Shown: in pieces, positions 9,977 to 19,412 of the stretch
Numbering within the stretch: position 1 is the stretch's first letter
Layout: each line of letters starts with the position of its first letter
DNA from: Candidatus Omnitrophota bacterium
Lineage (GTDB): Bacteria; Omnitrophota; Gorgyraeia; Zapsychrales; JAKLDJ01
Direction of reading: 5' to 3'
NCBI GenBank assembly: GCA_022703585.1
Contig: JAKLDJ010000002.1
Location: 155,413-219,412 of the forward strand
DNA: 64,000 nt
The notes under the pieces: model-generated
What the model saw: the letters and a program-made list of their open reading frames with translations, nothing else
Databases searched by the model: none
What the model was told of the DNA's origin: nothing
Program-made: the position numbers and the translations under genes

Positions 9977-11098
9977 TCAACTTGCCTTCACAAATAACTT
10001 TCCCGGCAATTGCTTGACCAGGTGCCTTAATTCTAGTTTAAGTAAAACATTCATCGCGCGCGGCGCGGAAAAACCGCTTGATTGCACCAACGTATCAACA
10101 TGAACCGCCTCGCTATTAAGATACCGATACAAAAGATTCTCTTCATCGCTAAGTCCGTCCGTAGCAGTCACGCGAGATGAAGACTCAGCAAAAACAGTTT
10201 TCTCTTTAAGGTAATGTTCAAATTGGGGCTTAAGCTCCTCAATGACATCCTCAACACCGCTGATAAGCTTGGCACCCTGTTTGATAAGATTGTGCACACC
10301 CTGCGCATTAGGATTATCAATTTTTCCCGGAACGGCAAAAACCTCTTTGCCCTGTTCGAGCGCAAATCGGCTGGTAATAAGCGCCCCGCTCTTATTCGAG
10401 GCCTCGACCACGACCACCCCTAAGGCCAAACCACTTATGATACGGTTGCGCCTGGGAAAGTTATACGCCAAAGGCAACGTATCCATCGAAAATTCCGAAA
10501 CAATGGCGCCACTGGCAGCAATTTCTTCAAAGAGCTTTTTATTCTCCGGCGGATAAACATGCGCCAGACCACTGCCTAAAACAGCGATTGTCGCACCCCT
10601 AGCCTTGAGCGCTCCCCGGTGCGCCGCCGTGTCAACGCCCCTGGCCATGCCGGAGACAATCACCACGCCCAATTCCGCAAGGCCGATAGCAATCTTTTCC
10701 GCCATGGCGACACCGTACAACGATGCCCGGCGAGAACCGACGACCGCAATGCCAACATCATCTTTCTTAACCGAGCCCTTCACGTAAAGCAGGACCGGGG
10801 CATCGGGAATTTCTTTTAAACTTTCAGGATAGTGCGCATCGTTAACAGCAATAACTTTAACGTGGTGCTTCTTGATAAGCTCAAGCTCTTTCTTTAAATA
10901 TTGATCGGCATCAAAGCATCTAATGTTGCCGATAACCGATCCGGGAATAATGTTTTTAGCCGCCAGCTCTTTGGCATCAGCGGACAAAACCTTGCTCGCC
11001 GAACCAAAAGCCTCCAATAAATTCTTGATGCGGGCGTTACCCAGCCCCGGAACCGCATTAAGAACCAAAAGACATTCCAGCTCAGTCATCGGAGGCAA
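9977..11098 (-). CDS. dprA: DNA processing protein DprA/Smf
   Basis: 373 aa; SAM-like N-domain plus Rossmann DprA core (GMARGVDTAAHRGAL). Confidence 0.85.
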   Translation of the reverse strand: MPPMTELECLLVLNAVPGLGNARIKNLLEAFGSASKVLSADAKELAAKNIIPGSVIGNIRCFDADQYLKKELELIKKHHVKVIAVNDAHYPESLKEIPDAPVLLYVKGSVKKDDVGIAVVGSRRASLYGVAMAEKIAIGLAELGVVIVSGMARGVDTAAHRGALKARGATIAVLGSGLAHVYPPENKKLFEEIAASGAIVSEFSMDTLPLAYNFPRRNRIISGLALGVVVVEASNKSGALITSRFALEQGKEVFAVPGKIDNPNAQGVHNLIKQGAKLISGVEDVIEELKPQFEHYLKEKTVFAESSSRVTATDGLSDEENLLYRYLNSEAVHVDTLVQSSGFSAPRAMNVLLKLELRHLVKQLPGKLFVKAS

Positions 11099-11591
11099 GC
11101 CTCATTATTTCTTCGGCAACCTGCCGCGGTGTTTTAGCGCAAGTATCAATCACGTGATCGGCCTTTTGATATCGGGGTTCCCGCGCTTGAAGCAACTTTT
11201 TGATTTCAGCTTCAGGATGAGAGACATTTAACAGCGGCCGATGCGTCTGGTCTTTTATCCTTTTGTAAATAACATCCGGCGTCGCCGAAAGATAGAAAAT
11301 CACGCCGCTTTTTTTTAGGTCAATAATATTGTTGTCGCTTAAAACAACGCCGCCGCCGCAGTCAATGACCAGGCCCTGCCGAGCGCTAAGTTCCCGGACA
11401 ATTGCGCTTTCAACCTTGCGGAAGTAGGGTTCTCCTGAATCGCTGAATATCTGCGTAATGGGCCGGCCCTCTTTCTGCTCAATCAGAAGGTCAGTCGAAA
11501 CTAAATCCCATTTTAGAATGCCAGACAATTCTTGAGCAACAACAGTCTTGCCTGCCCCCATAAATCCGACCAAAACAATATTCCTTTTCAT
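11082..11591 (-). CDS. aroK: Shikimate kinase
   Basis: 169 aa; Walker A GFMGAGKT; overlaps the dprA start by 17 nt. Confidence 0.85.
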   Translation of the reverse strand: MKRNIVLVGFMGAGKTVVAQELSGILKWDLVSTDLLIEQKEGRPITQIFSDSGEPYFRKVESAIVRELSARQGLVIDCGGGVVLSDNNIIDLKKSGVIFYLSATPDVIYKRIKDQTHRPLLNVSHPEAEIKKLLQAREPRYQKADHVIDTCAKTPRQVAEEIMRLASDD

Positions 11592-11814
11592 TATTCTAAC
11601 CTCTTGGCTGGCACTGATTTACCTCTTAAATATTAAAGAATACAGCCAAATATAAATTTGAAGATACGGCAGATTGTAACATAACAACTATAGGCTGTCA
11701 AACTCTTCGCCTAAAACCAGAAGAGAATGCCCCGACTACGTTACGCAGCAAGAGATTAATATTAATACTTATAGTAATTCTATATAAAGAGAATTATTTC
11801 GGGCAGGAAAATTA

Positions 11815-12624
11815 TTACCGGTAGAGGCCATAGCCGCTTAAAATCCAGTCAATCAGGGGCTTTGACCAGAATAAGCTGATAATAGCGGCTAAGGCAAGAA
11901 AAGGGCCGTAGGGAATCAGGCTGTCTTTGGTGCGAATCTTGACAATAATTCCAACCACTGCTCCAAAGAGAGGTGCAACAAAAAAAGTTAACAGGGCTAA
12001 CTTCCAGCCCAAAAATGCACCGATCATTGCCAGGAGCTTGACATCTCCTCCTCCCATCGATTCTTTTTTAAAAAGAAAATCACCTAAAAGTCCCATCGCA
12101 TAAATGCACCCGCCGCCGATTAAAACGCCTAAAAGCGATTTTCCTAATGACATAAAGTGAGATGACGTATCATGAAGCCCGGGAATAAGAAAGCTAAAAA
12201 TAAGCCCCACAACAATTCCTCCCAGGCTTATTTCATCAGGAATAATACGGTGCTCAATATCAATAAACGTGGAAATGATCAATCCGGAAAGTAAAATCAA
12301 ATACACCAACAATTTTCCCGTCAATCCGAAGACAAGATAAAATAAGACAAAGGCAATTCCGGTCAATAACTCGACGATAAAATAACGTATGGATATCTTC
12401 TCTTTGCAAAAACGGCACCGGCCCAACAAAAGCAAATAGCTGATCAAAGGAATATTGTCATACCAGGGGATGGGTTTCTGGCAGCGAACGCAATGCGAAC
12501 CGGGAAAGACCACCGATTTTTCCTGGGGCATGCGCACGATACATACGTTTAAGAAACTGCCGATAATCAGTCCGAACAAAAAGACAAAAAACGCGATTAA
12601 TGGATCATTCACAAGATTTACCAT
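11815..12624 (-). CDS. pilD: Type IV prepilin leader peptidase / N-methyltransferase (A24 family)
   Basis: 269 aa; CxxC...CxxC zinc motif (CVRCQKPIPWYDNIPLISYLLLLGRCRFC) and polytopic membrane core. Confidence 0.8.
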   Translation of the reverse strand: MVNLVNDPLIAFFVFLFGLIIGSFLNVCIVRMPQEKSVVFPGSHCVRCQKPIPWYDNIPLISYLLLLGRCRFCKEKISIRYFIVELLTGIAFVLFYLVFGLTGKLLVYLILLSGLIISTFIDIEHRIIPDEISLGGIVVGLIFSFLIPGLHDTSSHFMSLGKSLLGVLIGGGCIYAMGLLGDFLFKKESMGGGDVKLLAMIGAFLGWKLALLTFFVAPLFGAVVGIIVKIRTKDSLIPYGPFLALAAIISLFWSKPLIDWILSGYGLYR

Positions 12625-13490
12625 TCTTTAAGCCCGCCGGTTAAACTTTTCCACATTTTGTTTTTAACATCATCGTCTAATTCCGTATTGGTCCAGTGCT
12701 GAAAAGATAAAACACCCTGACAAAAAAGCATCCCCAGACCGTTAGATACTTTAGCCCCTTTGTTTCTTGCCATTTTAAGAAGTTTTGTTTGGGCAGGATT
12801 ATAAATCAGGTCATAGACCAGTAAATTCTTGTGAATAATGTCTTCTTCCATCAGGCACAGATCCGTTTCTTTCATCCCCACCGGCGTAGCGTTAATTAAT
12901 AAATCCGCGAGTTCAATATTCAGATCATCGACGCTGTCTACGGCCTCGACAATTGCCATGTCCAGACGAGTTTTAAGATCATCAATAAGATACTGGGCCT
13001 TGTCTTTATCAACATCATAGATCTTTATCGAGGCCGGCCGTTCGGGCAGCAGACAAAGGACGCTAACGATAGCCCGAGCCGCTCCGCCGGCGCCAAGAAT
13101 CGCAACCCTCTTGCCTTCGGTATTAAACCCAAGCTTGGCCAAATGCACCAGAAATCCCGGCCCATCGGTGTTAAACCCGCTTGTCTTTCGTTTTTCATTG
13201 ATGACAATGGTATTAACCGCCATCGTTTTCTGGGCATAAGGACTTAACACGTCTAAATATTTTATAACCTTCTCCTTGTAGGGAACCGTCACATTAAGGC
13301 CGGCAATCGGGCTGTCCTTGAGGCGAAGCTCTTTAAAAAATTTATCCAGCTCTTCTTCTTTGAGGGAAAAGAGTTTATACGTAGCATCGATCCCCAGCTC
13401 TTTAAAGGCAGTATTGTGCATCAAGGGCGAGAGGCTATGCTCGACGGGAAAGCCGATAAGACCAAAAATAAGATTTTCTTTGGATTTCAT
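12618..13490 (-). CDS. aroE: Shikimate 5-dehydrogenase
   Basis: 290 aa; GFPVEHSLSPLMHNTAF and GAGGAARA NAD(P)-binding motif. Confidence 0.85.
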   Translation of the reverse strand: MKSKENLIFGLIGFPVEHSLSPLMHNTAFKELGIDATYKLFSLKEEELDKFFKELRLKDSPIAGLNVTVPYKEKVIKYLDVLSPYAQKTMAVNTIVINEKRKTSGFNTDGPGFLVHLAKLGFNTEGKRVAILGAGGAARAIVSVLCLLPERPASIKIYDVDKDKAQYLIDDLKTRLDMAIVEAVDSVDDLNIELADLLINATPVGMKETDLCLMEEDIIHKNLLVYDLIYNPAQTKLLKMARNKGAKVSNGLGMLFCQGVLSFQHWTNTELDDDVKNKMWKSLTGGLKEW

Positions 13491-13513
13491 TAAAGAATCA
13501 GCTTGGTAGATAT

Positions 13514-15022
13514 TTAAGACAACGTCTTATTGATGGCATTGATATAGGCCTTGGCCGAGGCAACCAAAATATCTTCACTGGCCCCGCGTCCGATAACGTT
13601 TTGATCGGCAAAGCGCACCTTAACGGTAACCTCACCCAAGGCGTCTTTACCGCGGGTAACCGACTGGATGGAATAATCCAGAAGCTCGCCCTTAACCTTA
13701 ACAATAGCATCAATGGCCTTATAACAAGCGTCCACCGGGCCGTCTCCGGAAGAGGTCTTTTCAAACTTCTTGCCTTTGGATTTCATAACAATAGTGGCCT
13801 TAGGCGGCATGTTGGTGCCGCTAGCGGTCGTCATCTCTGCCAATTCCCACGTCGGAGAAACGGATTTCATTTCATCTTCGACAATCGCAATCAAGTCTTC
13901 GTCAAAAACCTGTTTTTTCTTATCGGCAACGACCTTAAAACGCTCAAAGGCCTTGTCGACATCAGATTCTTTCAACTCTATCCCCAAAGATTTAATCCGT
14001 GCCTTAAAGGCATGGCGGCCGGAATGCTTTCCCAAGACCAAGCCGATACCCGTAAAACCGACATCCTCGGGGCGTATGATCTCGTAGGTCGTCGGCTCTT
14101 TCAGCACACCGTCCTGATGAATCCCTGATTCATGGCGAAAGGCATTGGCACCCACAATCGCCTTATTGGGCGCGACCACAAAGCCTGTCAATTTGCTGAC
14201 CAACCGCGACACCCGGCATATCTCCTGTGTTTTGATGCCCGTATGACAACCGTAAATATCAAAGCGGGTTTTCAAAGCCATAACAATCTCTTCCATTGAG
14301 GCGTTACCAGCCCGTTCACCGATACCGTTAATGGTGCATTCAGCCTGACGCGCGCCGCTTCTGATTGCAGCCAAGGAGTTAGCAACAGCCAAACCCAGAT
14401 CATTATGGCAATGCACCGAAATAACGGCTTTTTCGATATTGGGAACATTATTTTTTATGTCGGTAATCAACTGCCCGAACTCCCACGGCGTCGTATATCC
14501 GACGGTATCGGGAATGTTGACCGTAGTCGCACCGGCCTTGATAACTGCCTCGATAATCCGGTAGAGAAAATCTTTTTCAGTGCGCGCGGCATCTTCGGGG
14601 GAAAATTCGACATCCTCCATTTTCTTGCGGGCATATTCAACCGACTCAACCCCCAGCCGCAGAATCTGCTCTTTGTCCATCTTGAGCTTAAATTGGCGAT
14701 GGATCTTGGAAGTCGCCAAGAAAACATGGATACGTCCGTGTTTGGCAATTTTCAAAGAATCTCCCGCCGCATCAATATCTTTCTTGATGCAACGCGCCAA
14801 ACCGCAGATAATGGAGTTTTTAATGCTCTTAGCAACATTTTTAACGGAATTGAAATCATCGGGTGAACTGATCGGGAAACCCGCCTCAATGACATCAACA
14901 CCCAAGCGTTCCAGGGTTTGAGCCACTTCCATCTTTTCTTTTGTATTCATGCTGGCGCCCGGCGCCTGTTCACCGTCGCGCAGTGTCGTATCAAATATCA
15001 AAACTTTATTTTTGTCATTCAT
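13514..15022 (-). CDS. leuA: 2-isopropylmalate synthase (or citramalate synthase; LeuA/CimA family)
   Basis: 502 aa; FDTTLRDGEQAPG TIM-barrel N-terminus and C-terminal LeuA dimerisation domain. Confidence 0.8.
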   Translation of the reverse strand: MNDKNKVLIFDTTLRDGEQAPGASMNTKEKMEVAQTLERLGVDVIEAGFPISSPDDFNSVKNVAKSIKNSIICGLARCIKKDIDAAGDSLKIAKHGRIHVFLATSKIHRQFKLKMDKEQILRLGVESVEYARKKMEDVEFSPEDAARTEKDFLYRIIEAVIKAGATTVNIPDTVGYTTPWEFGQLITDIKNNVPNIEKAVISVHCHNDLGLAVANSLAAIRSGARQAECTINGIGERAGNASMEEIVMALKTRFDIYGCHTGIKTQEICRVSRLVSKLTGFVVAPNKAIVGANAFRHESGIHQDGVLKEPTTYEIIRPEDVGFTGIGLVLGKHSGRHAFKARIKSLGIELKESDVDKAFERFKVVADKKKQVFDEDLIAIVEDEMKSVSPTWELAEMTTASGTNMPPKATIVMKSKGKKFEKTSSGDGPVDACYKAIDAIVKVKGELLDYSIQSVTRGKDALGEVTVKVRFADQNVIGRGASEDILVASAKAYINAINKTLS

Positions 15023-15034
15023 AGCGCACCGTTT

Positions 15035-15697
15035 TTAACTGTTATTCTTAAAGACTTTTATTTTTTCTCTTACCTGTCCCAGGGACATACGAGCCTGTCC
15101 GATGCCGTGGGCGTTAGCATGTGAGTATATCATAATTTTATCCAACTCTGCAACCGAAACATGCTGCCTTTTCTCGGCGACCAATCGCAAATTAAGGCCT
15201 TCTTTCTTGATAGACACCGGCTCCATGCCAAAATGCCGGACAAATTCACAAAGGCTTTTTTGCGAATATCCCCACTTGTGGTTGCCAAAGTGTCCAATGT
15301 ACACTTCTGAACGCAACATATTCTCGCCAAAAATAAAGTCGACAAAATTATCAAACCCGAACTTAAAGTACCGAAAAAGTATTTTCTCGAAATTCGGAAC
15401 CTGCACGGTCATGCGCCCCGACACCTTAAGAACCCGCGCCCACTCGCCGAACACTAAAAAACGCATATACTTGTCAAAATGTTCTAAAAGGTCCTCGGCC
15501 AAAATTTCATCGACGGATAAGTCTGCATACGGCAAGGGCTTACTAAGGTCATGCACAAGATCCGGCTGGCAGTTTGAGACCGAATCAATATTGACCCAGC
15601 CGGAAATCTTGTTAAGGCCGCAGCCTAAATGCAAACGTATCGCACCGCTCATAGAGTCTCTCCTGATTAATCGTGCCTTTAAAAAACAAAAACGCAA
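15035..15697 (-). CDS. Class I SAM-dependent methyltransferase-like protein; start codon uncertain (alternative M at residue 16)
   Basis: 220 aa; glycine-rich motif I LHLGCG and acidic motif II-like ILAEDLLEH. Confidence 0.5.
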   Translation of the reverse strand: MRFCFLKARLIRRDSMSGAIRLHLGCGLNKISGWVNIDSVSNCQPDLVHDLSKPLPYADLSVDEILAEDLLEHFDKYMRFLVFGEWARVLKVSGRMTVQVPNFEKILFRYFKFGFDNFVDFIFGENMLRSEVYIGHFGNHKWGYSQKSLCEFVRHFGMEPVSIKKEGLNLRLVAEKRQHVSVAELDKIMIYSHANAHGIGQARMSLGQVREKIKVFKNNS

Positions 15698-15745
15698 AGC
15701 GAAAAACTCAGAACCTTCCGAATTTCAGCTTTGCGTTTTTCGTTT

Positions 15746-16741
15746 TTAAGCTTTTTTCATCCAGGGCATCATCTCGCGCAGTTGCTTTCCAACCTGCTCG
15801 ACTTGATGGGTTTCGCCTTCCTGGCGCCACTTGTTAAAATTCGGCCTGCCTTTTTTATTCTCGCGGATCCATTCGCGGGCAAACTTTCCCGATTGGATTT
15901 CCTCGAGCATCTTGCGCATGATCTTGCGCGTCTTCTCGTTAATAATCTTCTTGCCGCGTGAATAATCGCCGTATTCGGCAGTATCGGAAACACGTTTGCG
16001 CATTCCCTGAATGCCGTGCTCATAAATAAGATCAACAATGAGCTTTAATTCATGGAGACATTCAAAATAGGCGATCTCCGGCTGATATCCTGCTTCAACC
16101 AAGGTTTCAAACCCTGCCTTAATAAGCTCGCTGGCGCCGCCGCACAAAACTGCCTGCTCGCCAAAGAGATCGGTCTCGGTTTCTTCCTTAAAAGTCGTCT
16201 CAATAACCCCGGCCCGTGTTCCGCCGATACCTTTGGCGTAGGCAAGAGCTGTTTTTAAGGCACTGCCGGAGGCATTCTGGAAAATCGCCACCAGGCAAGG
16301 AACGCCTTTGCCCTCTTCGTATTGACGGCGCACCAAAGCCCCGGGGCCTTTGGGGGCAATCATAAACACATCGATAAATTCCGGCGGCACGATTTGCTCA
16401 AAATGGATATTGAACCCGTGCGAAAAAACCAGCGATTTACCTTTCTTCAAATTCTTTTTAATGGCCTTTTTATAAATCTCCGCCTGGACATGATCTTGAG
16501 TCAAAACCTGAATAATGTCAGCTTCTTTAGCGGCAGTCACAGCATCGACGGGCGTAAAGCCATCTTTCTTTGCCTGCTCGTAATTGGGGTTACCTTCAAG
16601 TTCGCTGACGATGACATTTAAACCACTGTCGCGCAAATTTAAGGCCTGACCCCGCCCTTGAATTCCATACCCTAAGATAGCAATTTTCTTGCCCTCCAGG
16701 TCTTTTAAATCAGCATCTTTATCGTAATAGATCTTTGCCAT
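15746..16741 (-). CDS. ilvC: Ketol-acid reductoisomerase
   Basis: 331 aa; [23 protein letters not shown] Rossmann N-terminus; GGGAG SD 6 nt upstream of ATG. Confidence 0.9.
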   Translation of the reverse strand: MAKIYYDKDADLKDLEGKKIAILGYGIQGRGQALNLRDSGLNVIVSELEGNPNYEQAKKDGFTPVDAVTAAKEADIIQVLTQDHVQAEIYKKAIKKNLKKGKSLVFSHGFNIHFEQIVPPEFIDVFMIAPKGPGALVRRQYEEGKGVPCLVAIFQNASGSALKTALAYAKGIGGTRAGVIETTFKEETETDLFGEQAVLCGGASELIKAGFETLVEAGYQPEIAYFECLHELKLIVDLIYEHGIQGMRKRVSDTAEYGDYSRGKKIINEKTRKIMRKMLEEIQSGKFAREWIRENKKGRPNFNKWRQEGETHQVEQVGKQLREMMPWMKKA

Positions 16742-16751
16742 AGAAACTCCC

Positions 16752-16900
16752 TTCTTTAATGAGGCCGCAACTTACGGAACGTCAGTGAACGTAAGTTGCG
16801 AGCCGAATTTAACCCCGCACCCTAGCACTTCAGGGAACCTAAACACTGGGTGCGGGGTAAGTTCAGCCAAATAACTTAGCTCGCTACCGCTCGCTAAGTT
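16752..16900. other. Cluster of three consecutive perfect-stem hairpins in the fba-ilvC intergenic region, none followed by a U-tract
   Basis: gcaacttacg...cgtaagttgc (10 bp stem), ccccgcaccc...gggtgcgggg (10 bp stem, 25 nt loop), aacttagc...gctaagtt (8 bp stem). Confidence 0.6.
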
Positions 16901-16914
16901 ATGGCTTCACTTAA

Positions 16915-18237
16915 TTAATCGTCACCCTGGCCGTCTAAAACCGCTTTGGTGGCTTTCCCTAACCCGAGTTTAACATCAACGGGCTTAATGTGTGTATCAA
17001 CCAACTTTTTGGTATCGCCTGCTTTTAGCTGTTTGAAGAGAAAATCAAATTTTGCCTCGATTTCGCGGGCAATGCCTTCTTTAGTCTCTTCGGGAAGACC
17101 CATGATCTCTTTCTTAAAAGGTCCCAGGGCCTTTTTGCGTGCCTTATAAACAAACTGATCCTCGGTCTGCCCCGGCTTCATTTCTTCGGTGCAATTTTTC
17201 TTGAGCCAATTATACATTTTATCCCTCAAATCTTTTGGGAACAAGGTGCTATCAAACATCATATTCTGAAACTGTGTCGCCAAATGAATTTCGGCGGCAT
17301 CGGTTTCGGGGAATTTATTAAAAGCCGCAGGAGGCAACGTCGACGCCCCGTGCTGAACCGCTCCTGCCATCTTGTATTGTTCGCGGGCGTAGCGGGAAAG
17401 ATTCTTAAGTGTTTCAAAATCAAGCTTGACCTGAGCAATCGATCCGTCGGGCAAAACCACCCCGCCGTGCGACGTCCCGGTCTGTATACTGATTTTGCTG
17501 ATCCCTTCCATTCCTTTAGGCAGCGTTTCAAGATAGCCGTCCATGAATGTCTTTAAATCTTCAGCCGTGCTATTTTTCCCGCCGACCTCGCCGATCTCAC
17601 CGCCCACCGAAACCATGACCCCCGCAGGCTGGATACCGCGGATAAATTTGGTCAATTCCGCACAGATCTCGAAATTCGCCCTCTGCTGCTCTTTTAATTC
17701 TTTCTTTTCAAGGTCAACCGTCGTCGAGGAATCAATATCAATATTAAAGAATCCCGCCGCAATGGCATCTTCAATCAAATGCTTGAGTGCATCGATTTCT
17801 TTCTGAGGATTAACCGCGTACATTTTAGCATTAACCTGGCAATGGTCTGCCTGGATAAAAACCGGCCCCGAATAACCTTCCTTAATTGCCGCAGCCAAAA
17901 TCACACCGGTGTATTCGATGGGCGGCTGCGCAGTATAACCCATTTCGGACTTGGCAATTTCAAAGATAAACGCGCCGGCATTATTTTTAAGCGCCACACG
18001 AAACAGCGCCCGAGCCAGATAATAGGTCAGGTTCCTTAAATTAATCGCCGGAACGGTAAATCCCCCCGGGCATTTGCCGAGCCCACGCGCCTTATAAAGA
18101 TCGTGGATAGAGCTTAAAAATATTTTCTTGGATTTGGCAATATCGATGATCTCACTGGCGACCTTTTTCTTAATCTCAATATCGTCGGTCATAATAAGAT
18201 CTCTTACTAAAACATCGATTTCTTTGTGACGACCCAT
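16915..18237 (-). CDS. fba: Class II fructose-bisphosphate aldolase, long form
   Basis: 440 aa; class II FBA pattern (VPAINLRN...IQADHCQ...HGASTLP); strong SD GGAGGAAG before ATG. Confidence 0.65.
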   Translation of the reverse strand: MGRHKEIDVLVRDLIMTDDIEIKKKVASEIIDIAKSKKIFLSSIHDLYKARGLGKCPGGFTVPAINLRNLTYYLARALFRVALKNNAGAFIFEIAKSEMGYTAQPPIEYTGVILAAAIKEGYSGPVFIQADHCQVNAKMYAVNPQKEIDALKHLIEDAIAAGFFNIDIDSSTTVDLEKKELKEQQRANFEICAELTKFIRGIQPAGVMVSVGGEIGEVGGKNSTAEDLKTFMDGYLETLPKGMEGISKISIQTGTSHGGVVLPDGSIAQVKLDFETLKNLSRYAREQYKMAGAVQHGASTLPPAAFNKFPETDAAEIHLATQFQNMMFDSTLFPKDLRDKMYNWLKKNCTEEMKPGQTEDQFVYKARKKALGPFKKEIMGLPEETKEGIAREIEAKFDFLFKQLKAGDTKKLVDTHIKPVDVKLGLGKATKAVLDGQGDD

Positions 18238-18267
18238 GATGCTTCCTCCGTTTCTTTGGTTAATCGA

Positions 18268-18385
18268 TTAAACCCGGATTTTGCCTGCCCGTCAAATGGC
18301 GTGGTTGTGCAAAATCCGCCCTCCGGGCCGCTACGGCGCAACCTTTTGCGCCTAGCGGGGTTAACCCCACCAAAGGTGGGGTTAA
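18268..18385 (+). repeat. Copy A of a ~100-120 bp multi-hairpin intergenic element; fills the pfkA-fba spacer
   Basis: aacccgGattttgc...gcaaaatCcgccctccgggccgctacggcgcaaccttttgcgcctagcggggttaaccccaccaaaggtgggg; about 85 percent identical to the reverse complement of 29866-29962, with a compensatory G-C to A-T change in the long stem. Confidence 0.7.
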
Positions 18386-18391
18386 AAAATC

Positions 18392-19366
18392 TTAGGTTAA
18401 AATTTTCATTAAACGATAATATTCTTCGACCGGCAGCTTCTTTTGGGAACAGGCATGGCTTAAATCAACAATGTTAATTTTTTCTTCAACAATGCCTACG
18501 GCCTTTCCGTAAATACCTTTTAAAAGCAATTCGACCGCTGCCGCTCCGGTGCGCGTGGCAAATATCCTATCTAAGGCTGTCGGAGTACCGCCGCGTTGGA
18601 CGTGGCCCAAGACAACAAACCGGGTTTCAAGACCCGTTGACTTGGTAATCTTCTCGGCGATTTCATTGGCCTTGCCCGCCCCTTCGGCAACAACAACAAT
18701 CCAGCTTATTTTTCCTTTTTTGTTGCCCGCGACCATATCTTTATACATCTGCTGGTAATCAAACTTGTGTTCGGGGATAACAACATCTTCGGCCCCCGCG
18801 CCTAAGGCCACCTGCATGGCAATGTATCCGGAATTCCGCCCCATGACCTCAATAACAAAAATCCTTTCCATGCTTTGAGCGGTATCGCGTATTTTGTCAA
18901 TTGCCCCAAGGGCAGTATCAACCGCCGTATGGCAACCGATGGTCTGGTCCGTACCGCATAGGTCATTATCGATGGTACCCGGCAGACCAACCGTCGGGAA
19001 ACCCCATGTCTTGTACAAGATATTAGCCCCGCGATAGCTGCCGTCCCCGCCCACAACCACTAACCCGTCAATCCTGTGTTTTTTAAGCGTTCGAAGTGCC
19101 TTTTTCTGGCCTTCGACAGTCATAAATCTCTTAGAGCGTGCGGTCTTTAGAATCGTCCCGCCGCGATTGATGATATTGGAAACAGAGCGGTGATTAAGCT
19201 CAATGGTCTCGTCATCAATCAGCCCTTCGTAGCCCTTCATGATGCCGTTAACCTTTAATCCATAGTGCAGGGCAGAACGTACAACGCTGCGGACAGCGGC
19301 ATTCATCCCCGGGCCATCTCCTCCGGAAGTCAAAATGCCGATTTTCTTAATCTTTGTTTTCTTCAT
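18392..19366 (-). CDS. pfkA: ATP-dependent 6-phosphofructokinase
   Basis: 324 aa; GILTSGGDGPGMNAAVRSVVR N-terminus. Confidence 0.9.
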   Translation of the reverse strand: MKKTKIKKIGILTSGGDGPGMNAAVRSVVRSALHYGLKVNGIMKGYEGLIDDETIELNHRSVSNIINRGGTILKTARSKRFMTVEGQKKALRTLKKHRIDGLVVVGGDGSYRGANILYKTWGFPTVGLPGTIDNDLCGTDQTIGCHTAVDTALGAIDKIRDTAQSMERIFVIEVMGRNSGYIAMQVALGAGAEDVVIPEHKFDYQQMYKDMVAGNKKGKISWIVVVAEGAGKANEIAEKITKSTGLETRFVVLGHVQRGGTPTALDRIFATRTGAAAVELLLKGIYGKAVGIVEEKINIVDLSHACSQKKLPVEEYYRLMKILT

Positions 19367-19412
19367 TTCTCCGTAATCCTCGATAGTGATTACCCGGCCA
19401 AAAAGGGGCTAC

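Noticed and set aside
15102-15749. 215 aa plus-strand ORF
   Set aside because: Antisense to the methyltransferase-like gene and the ilvC 3' end. Low-complexity Ser/Lys-rich translation; shadow ORF.
18340-18392. ccccacc-aaa-ggtgggg hairpin after pfkA as an intrinsic terminator
   Set aside because: On the transcribed minus strand the T-run precedes rather than follows the hairpin. The sequence is part of the conserved two-copy structured element instead.
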